DNA from: Candidatus Saganbacteria bacterium
Lineage (GTDB): Bacteria > Margulisbacteria > WOR-1 > JAKLHX01
DNA length: 32,000 nucleotides
Reading direction: 5' to 3'
Assembly: GCA_026387835.1 (NCBI GenBank)
Contig: JAPLKZ010000005.1
Span: 243,071 to 275,070, forward strand
The position numbers and the translations under genes were made by a program. A model generated the notes under the pieces. It had not been told where the DNA came from, made no database searches, and saw only the letters and a program-made list of their open reading frames with translations. Shown one piece after another: positions 30,776 to 32,000 of the stretch. Position 1 is the first letter of the stretch. Every line of letters starts with the position of its first letter.

Positions 30776-32000
30776 ATGCAGACAGCAAGACCTTTTTTTG
30801 CGGCGGCGGTAAAAACAAGCAGGGCCGATATTACAACAAGGATAGCTTCAGCAAGACTAACATCCCCAGGTAATTACTGGAGGTCCCGTGCCAGTATCCC
30901 TGAAGCGGTCCTCGTGCTCGGCAATGAAAAGACGGATTTAGGAACGGTCGTGCGCATATTCGCCGATTACAAAATGCCTGTCGGCAGGGCTGCGGGAATG
31001 CTGGCCGGAATGCACAGGGCTGCTGAAATATTAGCTGACACAGGAATGCCTGCGCTCAGGTCTGCGGAAATATTAAAATGTTTTACTTTTGATGCCGGCA
31101 CGGCTTCGTGGATATTTGCCGATAAAAAAATGTCTATAAGCAGAGCTGCGGCTATATTGGCTGAAAGGACGATAACTTCAGATAAGGCCGCAGAAATACT
31201 TGCTGATGGAAGAATGCCTTTAGATAAAGTTGCGGGAATATTTGCCGATATCAATATGACCGGAAGCCGGGCCGCAATTATTCTGGCAGATGAAAAAATG
31301 CCCCCAGTCCGGGTTGCGAGGATATTAGCGCACGATCTTATTGAGCCCAGGAAGGCCGCTGATATATTATCTGAAAATACAATAGGAATAGTAAAAATTG
31401 AGGCAATATTTGCCGATGAAAGCCTGCCTTTAGAGAAAGCTGCAGTCATTTTAAATGATGACAGGTTGACTGTAGAGAAAGTCGCTGCGACTTTAAATAA
31501 CGGCAAAATGCCTCTCAGCAGGGCCGCGGGTATTTTAAATGACGGCAAAATGACCGTTGCCAGAGCGGTTTCAATAGTAGTACATAACAATATGGATGAG
31601 AGAAGAATCGAGACAATATTTGCTGATGACAGAATGCTGCCGGACAGGGCCGCTGCAATATTGGCTGATGAAAAAACAACCGCTCATAAGGTCATGAGAA
31701 TATTAGCCTTTGAAAAAATGCCTGCAAGCAGGGCCGCGGCAATATTAACTGATGACATAATGTTCCCGTGCAGGGCTGCAGCAGTATTTGCCGATGAAAA
31801 AATGCCGGCCCGCAGGGTTTTGAATATACTGGCTGATGACAAGGTCTCAGTAAGTAGGGCTGCGGCAATATTGGCTGATGAAAAGATGCTTGCAAGCAGA
31901 ATCGCGGATATATTTGCGCAAGTAATCAATATCGACTATCAAACTGCCAGCCCGCTCAGGGTCACTTATGACAAAACAATGCCTTTAGAAAAGGCCGCGG
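30776..32000 (+). CDS. paralogous tandem 14-aa repeat protein, runs off the window
   Basis: Open frame from ATG 30776 with no stop to 32000. The N-terminus MQTARPFFAAAVKTSRADITTRIASARLTSPGNYWRSRASIPEAV aligns with the upstream protein. It is absent from the supplied ORF list, presumably because it has no stop in the window. Confidence 0.85.
   Translation, partial: MQTARPFFAAAVKTSRADITTRIASARLTSPGNYWRSRASIPEAVLVLGNEKTDLGTVVRIFADYKMPVGRAAGMLAGMHRAAEILADTGMPALRSAEILKCFTFDAGTASWIFADKKMSISRAAAILAERTITSDKAAEILADGRMPLDKVAGIFADINMTGSRAAIILADEKMPPVRVARILAHDLIEPRKAADILSENTIGIVKIEAIFADESLPLEKAAVILNDDRLTVEKVAATLNNGKMPLSRAAGILNDGKMTVARAVSIVVHNNMDERRIETIFADDRMLPDRAAAILADEKTTAHKVMRILAFEKMPASRAAAILTDDIMFPCRAAAVFADEKMPARRVLNILADDKVSVSRAAAILADEKMLASRIADIFAQVINIDYQTASPLRVTYDKTMPLEKAA

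Noticed and set aside
29625-31929. Long antisense ORFs (65-207 aa) opposite the repeat proteins
   Set aside because: They mirror the 42-bp periodicity and low stop density of the antisense frame, and have no independent start or coding signature.
29521-32000. Regular ~42-bp repeats that could look like a CRISPR or satellite array
   Set aside because: The repeats are in frame in long ORFs, contiguous without unique spacers, and vary at codon level as coding repeats do.

Overview
This is a 32 kb bacterial chromosomal window. The host is probably a diderm, inferred from an LptC/LptA-type protein, outer-membrane-like proteins and cell-wall enzymes. Ordinary backbone genes are atpD (5' end cut by 1 nt), a short atpC, murA, ybeY, dgkA, a CorC/HlyC-type membrane protein, pyrG, a tandem-domain ThyX-like protein, a class A beta-lactamase-fold protein, an L,D-transpeptidase, an LptC/OstA-like protein, gap, pgk, ndk, an MFS transporter and three tRNAs (Ser-CGA, Ser-GGA, Ala-CGC). 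The main accessory feature is a composite island of about 6.4 kb (about 8691-15069) abutting the 3' end of tRNA-Ser(GGA). It carries a large serine recombinase, an Xre-type regulator, an HNH nuclease with N-terminal HNH-associated repeats, a zinc-finger-like/PD-(D/E)XK nuclease-like protein, membrane proteins and an unknown 327-aa protein. A D12-class adenine methyltransferase lies immediately outside it. The architecture is unusual. The recombinase segment is flanked by about 70-bp inverted arms. The cargo is flanked by a 112-bp inverted repeat with 110/112 matches. The three junctions read as B-P', P-P' and P-B', all sharing the tetranucleotide CCGA. Decayed recombinase pieces sit at both cargo ends, and vestigial Xre C-terminal coding tails sit directly upstream of cargo genes. 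Outside the island, the notable items are a standalone CheD-like deamidase-fold protein with T-C-H spacing conserved, a double ThyX with complementary motif decay, an L,D-transpeptidase separated from its signal anchor by an in-frame stop, and two adjacent proteins built of 14-residue (42-bp) repeats. All of this comes from reading the sequence and the supplied ORFs. No database search was run.
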